Below, one piece after another: positions 24,401 through 35,832 of a stretch of DNA of 64,000 nt. The stretch is from positions 180,122-244,121 of the forward strand of contig CAJINV010000025.1 of NCBI GenBank assembly GCA_905178155.1, read 5' to 3'. The translations under genes were made by a program, and so were the position numbers. Below the pieces are notes generated by a model that worked only from the letters and a program-made list of their open reading frames with translations, did not search any database and was not told the DNA's origin. Origin of the DNA: Amoebophrya sp. A120 (taxonomy: Eukaryota > Protista > Dinoflagellata). Position 1 is the stretch's first letter. Every line of letters starts with the position of its first letter.

Positions 24401-26373
24401 GCATGATTGCCAAAAGCTGCTCACTTTTGACCAAGCTGAGAGGGGGTTTCTCATGCAGCCGAGGCATGATAGAGGTCGGACAGAATCTGTCATGCTGGGT
24501 CATGTATGACAGACCTCACGCGTCATGGAAAACCCGCATGACAAGTCTGCCAACTTTCCAGACCCAGATGACATGTTTGCATTTGATAAACGCTTTGCTC
24601 GCATTGCTTGAAGAGGAAGATGAGCAATACCAGGTGCAGCATGCCCAGACGGAACGCGAACGGCGGAAAATAAGCGAGTCCTCGGGCATGAAAAGCCAGT
24701 ATGTGCAAGCGCGACCATTTGAGAACGGCGGGGTCGTGCGGAGAGGTACAATGAAATTACTAAATGAAAATTTTGAAAAATTGATAAATGCTGGCGAGTG
24801 ATGAAGATATTCACATGCGCGATAACCCGGCTCATCGAATGAACACATGCACGCTTATAGCATCACACTCCTGACTGTTCTTCACATGCGTTGTATAATG
24901 TCGAAACCAGCAGGTCCCTACATCGATAATATCAATATGGACGACACAGTGGACAGCTACCTGGACAATTCTCCAGCAGTATGAGAGTGCACAACTTCCC
25001 CTCCCCCACATCTGTCATGCAAAATGCATTGCGTCAGCACAGCACTTCCGTTGCTGCAGAAGATGCCATTTCAATGAGGGGGAGGGGGAGTTGTGCACTC
25101 TGATAAGCAGATGCCACCATCGATGAAAGCTTCGTTGCCCCGGACAACAGCGCTGCGTATCCTATGTAAAAACGTCCCCACCCCCTAGTTCGTAGCCACA
25201 TAGCATATGCTTTCTCTTCCCGTCGTAGTTCGTTCTCCTCTTGTTTCCTTTTGTGAAAATTTGAAAATTCTCTGTGCTTTAAGTTGGTCTTTTCCAGTAC
25301 ATAAACACCCCCTAGTTGTATATGCAAATCTGCATGCTCAGAATGTGTGTCATGCGGAGCAGCCCCATGAGAAGCATTTTCTTGTTGTGTTTTGGAATTT
25401 GTCATGCTCCAATCAGCATAATATGTAGTGAGGTCACCGAACGGTTCTAACCGGGGAGTTTTTTTGACATATACCCTGAAAAACGACCGGCAGTTTTCAA
25501 GCGGCCGGAAGCGTTTTTTGACATAAAAGATTTTCAATTATCAAGCGGACGGGGCTTTGCCGTCAAACAAGCCCGGTCGAAAACTATCGACTCGCACTTG
25601 ATAAAACGACGCAGGGGAGCTGGCAAAAGGGGCGCCCTTCTGAGGCGCCCACCGCCTTAGTTTCTGGCGATTTGGGGCGTCCAAAAAGGGGCGCGCAAAA
25701 AACGCGCCCAAAATCAGAACAGCGAAACAGCATGGCACGGCCGCGATTTCGGAGCATTTTGGGCGGCCGCGAAAGCGGCCGCCTTTTCGCCGGTTTCAGA
25801 GCCTGGGAAGCTTTGCAAAAAGCGCCGGCGTGAAAAATAAAAACGCGAAAAAGAAAAAGCGGCCCGCACGCGCAAAGCCAATCCGCATGCTACGGGCCCG
25901 ATTTTTCTTCGCTTTTTGGGCGCCCCCCGCGGCACCTGGATCGGCCCCTTAGCATGGGGGCTGGCTTTCGGAAAGGGATTTCAGGAATTTGCCAAAATTT
26001 GCGACGTTTCCCAAGTGGCCGCCATACCGTGCGGCATAACGTTCCTCACGGTGGTATGGCGAGCCCATAAAAAGCAAAGCCGCAGCCAAGGCGGCGGTCG
26101 GCAAAAAAACGCCCACGACCTCACTACCCCCGCCCCGGCGGCTATATTTGGTAGGCTTGGCCTGTAATGCTTATGCACGAGCTAAAGAGTAGAGGATTAC
26201 ACTACGAGGCCAAACTTTTCATTCGCATTACAACCAAAGCTTGTGGATTTGTCTAGCAAAATTTCCATTTTCTTAGCGCTATAGGGCTATGGGCTGGGGA
26301 CGTTTTTTCTCAGGACACTGCGAGAGGGTTATTCAACTGTGGCGCGTGCCTGTTGAAGCGCATAGGGGAGTGA
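21477..26373 (+). CDS. Spliced gene, hypothetical protein with N-terminal MGGCQGK acylation-like motif
   Basis: Frame preserved across 8 introners, a GT-AG intron 21966-22109 and a probable GC-AG intron 24794-24913; ends ...APDNSAARGLFNCGACLLKRIGE*. Confidence 0.7.
21538..21795. mobile_element. Introner family A
   Basis: Inverted ends, DR tggag. Confidence 0.9.
22262..22567. mobile_element. Introner family G
   Basis: Inverted ends, DR agcag. Confidence 0.88.
22910..23164. mobile_element. Introner family C
   Basis: Inverted ends, DR aggcg. Confidence 0.9.
23296..23944. mobile_element. Introner family A carrying a nested poly(A)-tailed insert
   Basis: Both TIRs and DR ttact present; reverse complement of 15668-15931 apart from the insert. 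Confidence 0.88.
23476..23861 (+). mobile_element. Poly(A)-tailed retroposed module (SINE or 3' end of a non-LTR retrotransposon)
   Basis: Interrupts a family A element, ends ggggcccaatc(A)12; 3' part homologous to 31971-32200. Confidence 0.7.
24129..24274. mobile_element. Introner family B
   Basis: Inverted ends, DR attct. Confidence 0.9.
24324..24588. mobile_element. Introner family A
   Basis: Inverted ends, DR aacgc. Confidence 0.88.
24980..25105. mobile_element. Introner family C, internally deleted (126 bp)
   Basis: Inverted ends, DR agcag. Confidence 0.88.
25158..26317. mobile_element. Introner family D expanded by a nested element
   Basis: Left TIR at 25158, right TIR ending 26317, DR ctgcg; frame restored across it. 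Confidence 0.82.
25423..26153 (+). mobile_element. Helentron/HINE-like element, copy 2
   Basis: Same ends and first about 280 bp as 13447-14254. Confidence 0.7.
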
Positions 26374-27192
26374 GTTGTAAAGATTTGAAGACGTGGCAAG
26401 AACGATGAATCTGAATGTAAATCCAAGTTGTAGAGGATAAATCCAACTCCAAGTAGAGGACGTCGTCTCTTTCGTACGAGAATACAGAAGATACCAAGAA
26501 CGCCATGAAATGCGCACACCATCCTCGCTGAGTACTTTGATACACAATTCACGACGACAAACAAATTCTTCCCGCGGTGGCATTTCCTCCTGTCATCAAC
26601 AACTGGATGGTGATAACGATATTGCAGCTGCTCCGACTCCTTTACTCTGAATCTGAACACGCGTTTGAAATTTCGTCGTTGCGTTCGCCGCAATGAGTAA
26701 TACTCATGCACTTCCCGTGAGTTGATGTGAGGTGGCGGTGCACGACGTGCAAAAAAAAGAACAACAGTGGGAGATGATTGAAGATGATGTTTCATCAGAA
26801 GCAAAGAAAGCAAAGCGGAAGTTGTTGTACTTCATATGAAGGAAGAGTGGACGACGCGACGAGAGATTCAAATAATTGAGAAACAAGATCCGCATTTGTA
26901 TAAAGTTGTACCGATGAACTAGAGGTAGCGACAAACGTGTTGGCGTTGCGATGTGATATACTACCTTTTTGTGTCGTGTACTAAAAATGACCCGTTCATT
27001 CTAGTCGTAGTTCTAGCTGCATTCGCCTTGAAAATGAAGACCGATTGAATTGCTACTTACACTCCTCTCTACTTGCCGGCGAGATTTCGTCCGAAGCAGA
27101 GGCATATCATAAACTTGTGTATACATAGGTAGAAGTACAATTTCAGACTCTACAGAAGTAAATACGATTAAGCTACAAAAATCTTTGAAAAA

Positions 27193-30100
27193 ATGGTGAT
27201 TCTGCACGTGAAGAAGGGTGAGGCAAAAAACGAGTTTCTGCAGGATGTTCTCACCTTACGAGAGAGCACAACTCCCCCTTCCCCTCATTTTTATGTTGGT
27301 ATGAACAGCAATACAACCACCAGCACACGTAGGGCCTTCGCACAACAAGTTCGCGTGCCTACTAGCGTAGTACTGTTCGGGCTTCCAGAATCTGTCATGC
27401 AAATAGTGCCACAAGGTGGCTGCACATGGATTTGGGATTTTGCATTACACATGACGGCGAGGGGGAGTTGTGGACTCTCATACACCTCCGAAACCGTTGA
27501 CCAAGTCCTGAAAAAAACCGTGGAGCTGCACAACATTCGGCTGTATCAAATGCAAATATGTCTGGGTCTGGAACAAGGATGTAGCTTGTAATGCCGCATT
27601 TGGATTCTAAAAATATCTGTATTGCAGGAGCAGCAGAAGAGGTGCATTTTTTGCTACACGGAGGGGGTATTTGTCGTGCAGTATGGCGGGCATCACAAAG
27701 CCGTCACAATAGCTGTGATGCTAGTACATGCATCACAGACATCGCCGGTGATGCAAAATGTGCATGACAAACTCCCAGACCCAGACATATTTGCAGTTTA
27801 TAGGCTGAAAGTCTTGCGACTCGCTGTCTCTTATTCATTGCAAAATTTCTGTCGTACTAATTTCTGTAGAAGTGAGTCATGGCAAATCATATGACATGGT
27901 CTGGTTTCAAGTTCACGCAGTTTGTCATGCTGATCTCGCTTTGGGATTTGCATTTGTCATTTCATTACTGAAATTAGTACGGTAGAAGTTTTGCACCGGA
28001 TGCGTCTCTGCGCGAATTGGGGAAGCACGGACCCCTCCGGCCCGAAGAAACCAGGGGACTGATATCAAATGCAAATATGTCTGGGTCTGGGAGATTGCGA
28101 GATTTGTCATGCTAATCTGGCATGACTCTGAACTCTGTATTGTGTGCCGCGAAGAGCTCCTCTTCCCTGTCATGCAAGAAAACAGTTTCTCATGCGGAAT
28201 ACGCAGCTCAGAACCACGAAAAAAACTTGTCATGCTTGGCAGCGCATTACAGTGAGCTCACTATAATTTTTTCCTTCCTTGCATCACAAGTTTCCAGACC
28301 CAGACACAAGTATTTGCATTCGATAACTGAGCGAAGACACCAACTTTCCGCTCGACGTGAATGCGTATGGCACACCAACCAATCCAGATGAGCACGGGTA
28401 CAACTTCATACGAATTTAAGTAGATTTATTTGTCATGCAAGCAGCAAAGGTTTTTTCTTTCTTTTGCCGCTGCTGTGATCAGTATTTTCGATCTATTTTT
28501 CCACTTGGTGTTTCAGTTTCTGATCTGTATCTGATCCCACCTACAGGTTCCGCACCGGTTGCCCGCCACCTGGCGAGGTAGGCGAAGTGCTGATTCGCAC
28601 CGCGAATGAGTCCGAGCAGGCCGTTGCCCACACCCTGGTACAGCAACGAAAGAATCTTACAAAAGAGATTTGCGAGGAGTGTCTGGCCCAGATGCGATAT
28701 CGTACGTAGAAGTAGCGATATCATGTACGACTACTACTCAAGATCAAGTACAAGTGGCTGGTGTACTAGAAAATCCGAAATGTGGCAAGTGAATTAATTT
28801 CCTTGCGCTGTCAACATACTCATGCCGTGTAGTGTCTATGACGTCGCTTTATTTCATGATGTCGCTTTTTCCTACTATATCCCCGGCGCGGTCATGATCG
28901 CTTACCCGGCGTTCCACAAGCTACCGTTCTTCGATTATGGAAGTGAGCTGGAGTGAAGTTTGTCATCAGGCGGTATTTCGCATGAGAAACCTGGTTTCTG
29001 ATAATTCAAAACTCGCATGACAAAGTTCTTATTCGATTTCAGCTCCATATCATCCCCGTGCGGTTGGAACTGGAAGACAAGGAAGAATTGGATGGACAGT
29101 ACTTCTAATATTACAAGGTTTGATCATTTGATTTGTCATGTGTCTTGTGCATGATGAGGAGGTCTTGTCATGCGGCCGTGCTATGTAAGGATACGTGAAC
29201 GTGAGTGGTATATTTTTCTTTCTTCCTAATGCTAAATCCGCATCACAGGTCCGAGCTTCAAGACGTCCTGGACATTCCGCAGGCAACGATGTGGTTCGCT
29301 GGGAAGGAACTATCCTTTGCAAAGCTATCGTACTCCTGGTACAAATTCATCTTGCAGCCGCGCATTACAAATCTCAATCTCAACATAAATCCGCATCACA
29401 AATTTACATTTCTGATGCTGAAGAAATTTGTCATGCGGTTCTTGCACTAGAGGTACGATATTGCTTTTGCAATGCATAGGAACTCGTGGTCGGCAAGCTC
29501 CTCTCCGACTACGTGGGCAAGTATCCTCAGCAAAAGCATCGTAGCGGTGGTAGTTGCAAGACTGCATGACAGATCTCGTATCTATAGATGAATCAGCAAC
29601 AGAAATTTCCTTTCTGCTTTCGAACGAGATTGTCATGCAATTTATCAATCCCACGGTCGTGCTTTTGCAATGCATAGCCGGAACGAAAAAACCAAGATCG
29701 TGATCAAACTGCAGACCAAGGCTGCGTACCAAATGCAAAAATGTTTGGGTCTGGAATAAAAGGTGGAGCCTGTATTGCGTTGCTTGCATGGTTGCAAAAT
29801 CTGTATTGCGCCAGCGCCACGACTAAAAACGAAAAGCGCGGTGACCTTTTTTTGTCATGAGAAAATGTAGCGCATCACCTTCACAATCACAAGCCTTCAA
29901 GTTGTATTCAGCGGACCCAGATCGATATTTGCGATGCATACTTCGGGCGCCCCGGTGCGCGAGCCGAGGGTGGACGAAAACACGCACAAGGCCATGCTGA
30001 GCTACTACTACAAGAAGCAAGAGTATGGGGGTGTCAGAATCGAAATCGACAAAGTTGAATATTTATAATCAGTCATGCATAAAATGCGACGCAAAAAGTG

Positions 30101-32328
30101 ACTCTATTGCAGAGGACGCTAGGGAGGCAGATTGTAGTCCTGCTAAGGTTCAAGAATTGGGGTGGTGACTAGCATGACAGATGCGAGCTTTTTTGCCCTG
30201 AACAGCACGACAAACTGGCTTCCGATACCGGCAAAATTTGTCATGCGCCGCCTAGAAACTGTGGGTCCAACTGGTATGGATTTTCTACATTACAAGTTGA
30301 AGTTTTTCAGCTTTGTCGATTTCGATCCTGACGCTCCCATAGAGAGGAGGCGAAAAGACTAGCGGAAGACGAGGACGACAGTTACCTGGAAAGCAACTGG
30401 GCGGTATTGTTCGGAAAAATCTCCCCTCCCCGTATCGAAAAGGAAATTTGTGATGCTGGATTTGCGTACACAGATCGCCTTGCATTGCTAAAAGGCCAAG
30501 AACAAACGCAGTCGTGACCTGAATTGCAGGCGATTTGTCATGCTGTTTCCCACTTCGAGTCGCCTCGTGTCATGCGGAAGATGAAAGGCTTTCCCACGCC
30601 TGCCAGAACTACAGTCCGCATCATCTCCTGCCTTCCAGCATGACAACATGAGTTGCGGTAGCAAATCATGCTACACAAATCTTTTTTCCGTAGCCATTTT
30701 GGCTCAAGTTTTTTTTTCCGCGAAGGGAAGAAGTACTTGCAGTACAGATTCGCTGCACTCGTCCGGGGAGCGACGTGTGCTGCGGTTTCGATCTCTATCC
30801 TTGCCCTCGGTCGCCTCCCTTCGCCCCCCGAAGGAGAGGTTCACTTGGTAGAAATCTAACCCTGATGCCTTACACCTCCCGCCGCTAGGATGGACGATTT
30901 AGTCCTCGTCTACGATAAAGACACCCCCGAGGCGGGGCAGTTCGCGCTGAACCTGTACGACCACGCGAAAAAATGGATCGGGTTTTCGGTGCAGGAGCCG
31001 AAGCCGACCGAGCGCACCTCGTTCACGGTGAACGGCGCCAGCATGGGGATCATCATCACCAAAGACGTGTTCAAGTCGGAGTTCGTCACGGACGCGCTGG
31101 AGCTGATGGTGGCGGCCAAGAAGCCCTGCCTGCTGATCCACCACATCGCGGGCAAGACCAACGTGGAGGACGAGATCATGCAGTGCGAGAACGACGACTA
31201 CCTGCGGTACATCCGCAAGGCGCAGACCTGCATCTACACCTTTGACCTGGCGGACCAGTGCCAGGACCACATGATCACGCTGCTGGAGTTCAAGTCCGCG
31301 GACAGCAAGAAGGAGCTCCAGAAGCAGGCCGTCCTCCGGCTCGAGGAGACCCGGGCGGACGTGCTCTTGTTTTCCTCGCGCGTCGCCAAGGGCCGGCTGA
31401 ACGCCGCGGTGCACAGGAGGTACGACTTCTGCCTCACCTGCGCGGTGGAGGACCCCCCGGTGGCCGAGGACGTGCTGAATAAGGTCTACGACATCATGAG
31501 CCGGTACGCGCCGGCGCTGCAGGTCGCGCGCAACCAGGGCGACAAGGCGGTCACCAACGTGCAGCAGCGCACCGCGAACATCCGCGACTCCTTCAACCTG
31601 GTCGTCTTCGCCACGAGGAATTGCTTCGCCACCGACGAGAACGGGAAGGGCAGCGCGGTGGTCGAGGAGGTGAAGGCCGCGCTGGAATCCGAGCTGCAGG
31701 TGTGCATCATCCAGCACCTGTCCCAGTGTCCGGACATCGACGCGGAGATCGAGATATCGAATGCAAAAATGTGTGGGTCTGGAAGAGCCAAACTTGTGAT
31801 GCTGCATTTGGATGCTAAAAAGACCTGTATTGCATGACAAGCAAGAGGATTCAAATTTGGCTACGCGGAGAGGGCATTTGTCATGCTGGAAGCGCATAGA
31901 TAAGCGCTCAGAAAATCTGTGATGCTGTGGCATACATCACAGACAGCATGGATCATGGAGAATTTGCATGGTGACGAAGCAGACGACAAGCGCGGGAATG
32001 GTACAAATCAAAAAAAAAAATGGCATAAACGTGCTCTGCTTAACTGTGTGAAAGGTGTCGGCCCTGTGTAACCTGCTGCGGCAGGCAGGTGAATTCGTAG
32101 AACTGCATCACATGTTAGGCAACATCCACCGGCCTCCTAGCTCAGTGATGAATTTATATGCGTAAACAGAGCGGGGCCCAATGAAAAAAAAAAAAAAAAA
32201 CATGCTACACAAATCTCCGTTTCAGTATGGGGAGGGGGGAGTTTTCATTTTGATTGGCGGACAGCAAGGCTTTGAAGAAGCACCTGGTTGGCGGCGGGCG
32301 GCCGATCGGGTTCCGGGGGCTGAACTAG
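27193..32328 (+). CDS. CFAP298: Cilia- and flagella-associated protein 298 (C21orf59/Kurly) orthologue, spliced
   Basis: Reconstructed MVILHVKKGE...HNIRLKVLRL...ELGKHGPLRPEETRGL...MRGAVMIAYP...MWFAGKEL...LSDYVGKNEKTKIVIKLQ...GAPVREP...MLSYYYKKQEEAKRLAEDEDDSYLESNWADSKALKKHLVG matches CFAP298 family motifs throughout. Confidence 0.92.
27257..27482. mobile_element. Introner family C
   Basis: Inverted ends, DR cacct. Confidence 0.85.
27544..27802. mobile_element. Introner family A
   Basis: Inverted ends, DR ggctg. Confidence 0.88.
28063..28325. mobile_element. Introner family A
   Basis: Inverted ends, DR actga. Confidence 0.9.
29311..29478. mobile_element. Introner family B
   Basis: Inverted ends, DR ggaac. 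Confidence 0.88.
29522..29676. mobile_element. Introner family B (degenerate)
   Basis: Inverted ends, DR gcaag/gccgg. Confidence 0.78.
29727..29940. mobile_element. Introner family A (degenerate)
   Basis: Inverted ends, DR ctgcg/cttcg. Confidence 0.78.
30024..30341. mobile_element. Introner family H (TIR core GTCAGAATCGAAATCGAC)
   Basis: Long inverted ends, DR aagag/gagag; homologous to 58702-59011. Confidence 0.88.
30687..30708 (+). other. Complete dinoflagellate spliced-leader sequence (DinoSL) in genomic DNA
   Basis: tccgtagccattttggctcaag is a 22/22 match to DCCGTAGCCATTTTGGCTCAAG. Confidence 0.95.
30890..31754 (+). CDS. Intron-free ORF of the retrocopy; two TIR-like domains; 3'-truncated
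   Basis: About 288 codons with strong GC3 bias; second half YDFCLT...IRDSFNLVVFATRNCF...VVEEVKAAL...VCIIQH follows the TIR pattern; runs into a family A left TIR at 31755. Confidence 0.7.
31755..31970. mobile_element. Family A introner retained in the retrocopy, right TIR missing
   Basis: Left TIR and internal sequence like 913-1175, then switches to the poly(A) module. Confidence 0.85.
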
Positions 32329-33842
32329 TTTGTAGGACAGGGAAGATGCATCTTCTGAAAATCTATGTTTTCAACACTTTTGTTTGTGAAAGAGATGAAG
32401 GTTTGTACTTAAACCTTATCTGCACCAACCTTGTTTTGCAAACAACAAGGCTTAGCTACTTACAAGGATCGGGATAACAATGAGTCAGAAATCAGAACCC
32501 TTTAACGCTCATACCAAAAAGTTTTTCAACAGTGAATACCAATACGGCCACAGCCAGTACCCGAAGTATTTTTTAGAATTGAAGCAAGAAGAACAACTGT
32601 AGTGGGGAACAAATGGAAAACGCAAACAAAGGCAGTCGCAGTTGTAGAAGAAAGATGCGTAGACTAATTCTTCTTCATCGCGTTCTTTTCCTAATTGCGA
32701 TACTCTCCACGACCGGCAAAGAAACTTGAGTCTGAGAAGCGAAAAGTGAATAAACAGGTTTGATGGAAGTGTTTTTTTCAACAAGAATCTTTAAACAACA
32801 ACTCAGTGTGAGTTCCGGTGAAGATCGGATGTGGACTAGGAACCAGAAGTGCTTTTGGCGGGTGACGAGCTGCTGTTCTGTAGTGACGAGATTGAGTTTC
32901 ACCCGTTCTTCCGGCGTCGTAGATAATTCTTTTTCCAAGTGCAACCCCCAGATCGGAGGAAAATTTTTACCACTTTTTCACGGATCTTCGCGGATTCTCG
33001 CGGAGTAGCCGTATGGTCTAGTCAGGTTGCGCCTTATTTTGGGTGAATTTGCTTGCCAGTTTTGCGATGTCAAATAATTTGAACTTGTGCTCACTTGCAT
33101 TGCACAAGCCAGTGAAGAGGAGTTCACCTCCGAGACCTCGTTTCATTCGGTCCGTATTGTCGTTCTTTCGGTTTTTCCTTCCTTTTTAGGTTTACACCGT
33201 CCCACCTCCTCCTTCTATCGTCGCTCGGTTGCGCTGCACATAAGATCCTTCGGGGCTAACCAGGAACATGCTCGGTGTAGTTGACCTGCAAGAACTCGCG
33301 TAAGAAGCAAGAAGTACAACTAGGTACTTATACTTTGTTTCCGTTCACAGCTTCAAGCCCGGCGGGCAAAACCAGCACAAGCGTCTTCGTTAAAAAATGT
33401 CGGTGACAAGAACAGAGGTATGTTCGGTTTTCTTCTGGCATTTTCATCGTACAACAGCGTCTTTGTCGTACAACATGGTTTCGTGATTCGTTGCGCTGCT
33501 AAAAACCGTTCGCTGGAGGAGAACTGCTATGGCACTCTCGTACTTGCCAGTTTGCATTCTTCTACGAATTATTTCCGCTGTTTCAGTCACTACCTCAAGT
33601 CTAGTCATGATCTTCGTTTCATCTTCCTGCAGGCAGCAAACGAACCCAACCCGTTTTCACAATTTTCATATCCAAATCATACTAGTACAACACCTAGCGC
33701 AATCTAGTCACCCTGGACCACTGCGCCAGTTCTTTTTACATACGTACGTCTAATTTAAACTTTGTTTTCCACCAGACCACCCGTTGTAAGTACCACCCTT
33801 CGATATCGATTCAATAAACTTCCAAGTAAACCTCCGCCCACA

Positions 33843-35832
33843 ATGTACGGTCTCCACAAAGTGAACCACATGTACACCGCCTCGGGTACGGGCAAGGACT
33901 TTGTCGTGCAGGACCCTTACTTATGAATTGCAAAAATGTCTGGGTCTGGAAGATTGCAACTTGTGCTGCTGTCTTTCGATTCCAAAAAAGTCTGTATTGC
34001 ATGACCAGCAAAAGGAGTCCAGTTTGTGCTACGCGGAGAGGGCATTTCTCATCCGGAACACGCACCAGAGAGCCCTCTCAAAATCTGTGATGCTAGGCCA
34101 TGCATTACAGGCATCATGTGTCATGCAAAATCTGCATGACAAACACAAACCTGGCACTCTTCCAGACCCAGACATATTTGCGTTTGATATTACTTCAAAG
34201 GCGGGAAGATCGGTTTCGAGAAGATGGCGCAGCACCAGGGCGCATATGCACTGCAAAAGTATCGTACTCGTACTAAAAATCGCAGTCATGCATTACAAAT
34301 TTCTTTCTCAAGTCAAACCCCCATTACACATTTCATTTCTCATGCTGAGGAAATTTGTCATGCGCTTTCTATTAGTACGATCTGCTTTTGCATTTCATAG
34401 CGCCAAGGGCACCGCGATGATCCCCGAACCCATTAACCGGCACAAGTACCAGGCCTTCCCGATGGGCTTCGGGTCCGTATGCAAGAAAAAAACTGTATAA
34501 GTGTAAGGCTGTGATGCAGAAAATGCCAAACAGTTACACTTGTCAAGCTGGACATGCGTCAGAGGCTCTTTTCGTACGTGTTTTCACATACTGGCCGCGC
34601 ATGACAGGCTCTCCCTGTCATGCAGAGCAAACTTGTGATGCTATTCCCCCAAGAAAGTTACACTAACACAGTTTTTTTCTTGGATAGTTCGTCGGCGTGC
34701 CCGAATACAAACTGAACCTGAGCCTCGCCCGCAGCAAAGCGCGCTTGGAACTCTCGAAGAAGGACAACGACCGGATTAAGGAGGCCGGACAGCGGGCTCT
34801 GAACGGCGCGACGTCGCACTTGTCCCGATCCGTATGCATTGCAGAAGTACTATCGCAGTTGTAGTAGCGGTTGCAGCAATACAAATAGCTCAGCATGACA
34901 AATGGGATATATTGTCGTGCTGGTTTACAACTTTGTTGGGAAGGAGATTTGTCATGCATAGTTGCGATTACCGACTTGAGCTTGACTACGATTGCGATAG
35001 TACTTTTGCAATGCATAATCCGTGTCCGCGGACAACTTGCGGGTGCCGTTCTCGAAGACGACGGGATTGGTGGAGCAAGGGTATGATGCGTAGCTGCATG
35101 AGAAATTGTGACTATGACGCGTAGCTGCATGGCAAATTATGATTTTGACGCGTAGCTGCATGACAAATTACTTGTACTGGTTCAGCATCGCAAGAATTTT
35201 TTGGGCAACAGGCTCTGCGAAGATTACGAGCTGCTGGAGCTGCGCATGATCCACGTTCATTCTGAAAAAATACACAAAATTTAGTAAAACGAGAAAAACA
35301 TAACAGCCTGAGAGCTGCAAATACAATGCATGCCCAGCATGAGAGCTGCAAATACTTTGCATAATGCGCATCACAAATTTAGATTTAAGTACACTAAAAA
35401 AACATAACAGCCCCTGCCATCCGAGGCCGATCGTGAAGGAGGCGCCGAGCATTTTCGACAGCGTCACGAAGTCGGGCATGGTATGCACTGCAAACACGTC
35501 TGGGTCTGGAAGGATGCGAGCTTTGTCATGCACATTTTGCATGACCGATGGTGTCTGTGATGCATGCCCAAGCATCACAGATTTGTTGAGGGCGTCGTCA
35601 TGCACATATCGCATGAGAAACGCCCTCGCCACGCAGCAAAAACTGGACTCCCCTTGCTGCTCATGCAATACAGATTTTTTTAAGATCCAAAGGTAGCATT
35701 ACATACAAGCTGCATTCTTTCAGACCCAGACAGATTTGCATTTGATACATGGTCTGGGAAATCGGTGACGCCAAGAAGTACGGGTTCAACGGGTACTCGC
35801 GGACCGGCTACGGGGGCTTGTGGAAGCGTTAA
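33843..35832 (+). CDS. Spliced gene, small basic hypothetical protein (possibly flagellar)
   Basis: MYGLHKVNHMYTASGTGKDFVVQDPYFKGGKIGFEK...WEIGDAKKYGFNGYSRTGYGGLWKR* after removing 5 introners and GT-AG intron 35081-35410. Confidence 0.8.
33922..34189. mobile_element. Introner family A
   Basis: Inverted ends, DR ttact. Confidence 0.9.
34245..34399. mobile_element. Introner family B
   Basis: Inverted ends, DR gcgca/gcgcc. Confidence 0.87.
34478..34686. mobile_element. Introner family E
   Basis: Inverted ends, DR gtccg/gttcg. Confidence 0.83.
34833..35017. mobile_element. Introner family B
   Basis: Inverted ends, DR atccg. Confidence 0.87.
35482..35747. mobile_element. Introner family A
   Basis: Inverted ends, DR catgg. 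Confidence 0.9.

Larger units (their letters stand above)
30683..32200 (+). pseudogene. Chimeric retrocopy of a trans-spliced mRNA
   Basis: Begins with spliced leader, ends in (A)17, flanked by TSD catgctacacaaatct (30667-30682 and 32201-32216). Confidence 0.88.
30405..32255. mobile_element. Introner family G (last intron of CFAP298) expanded to 1.85 kb by a retrocopy
   Basis: Left TIR tattgttcggaaaaatctcccctcccc, right TIR ggggaggggggagttttcattttgatt, DR ggcgg; NWA+DSK frame restored. Confidence 0.88.

Noticed and set aside
30687-30708. Possible SL RNA gene
   Set aside because: Followed by a UTR and ORF and enclosed by TSD and poly(A); this fits a retrocopied mRNA, not an SL RNA locus.
30890-31754. 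Horizontal or host origin of the GC-rich ORF
   Set aside because: It carries a native family A introner, and the resident gene at 33843-35832 has similar GC3-rich exons.
30899-31933. 344-aa minus-strand ORF
   Set aside because: Antisense shadow of the GC3-rich plus-strand ORF; spliced leader and poly(A) fix the sense as +.
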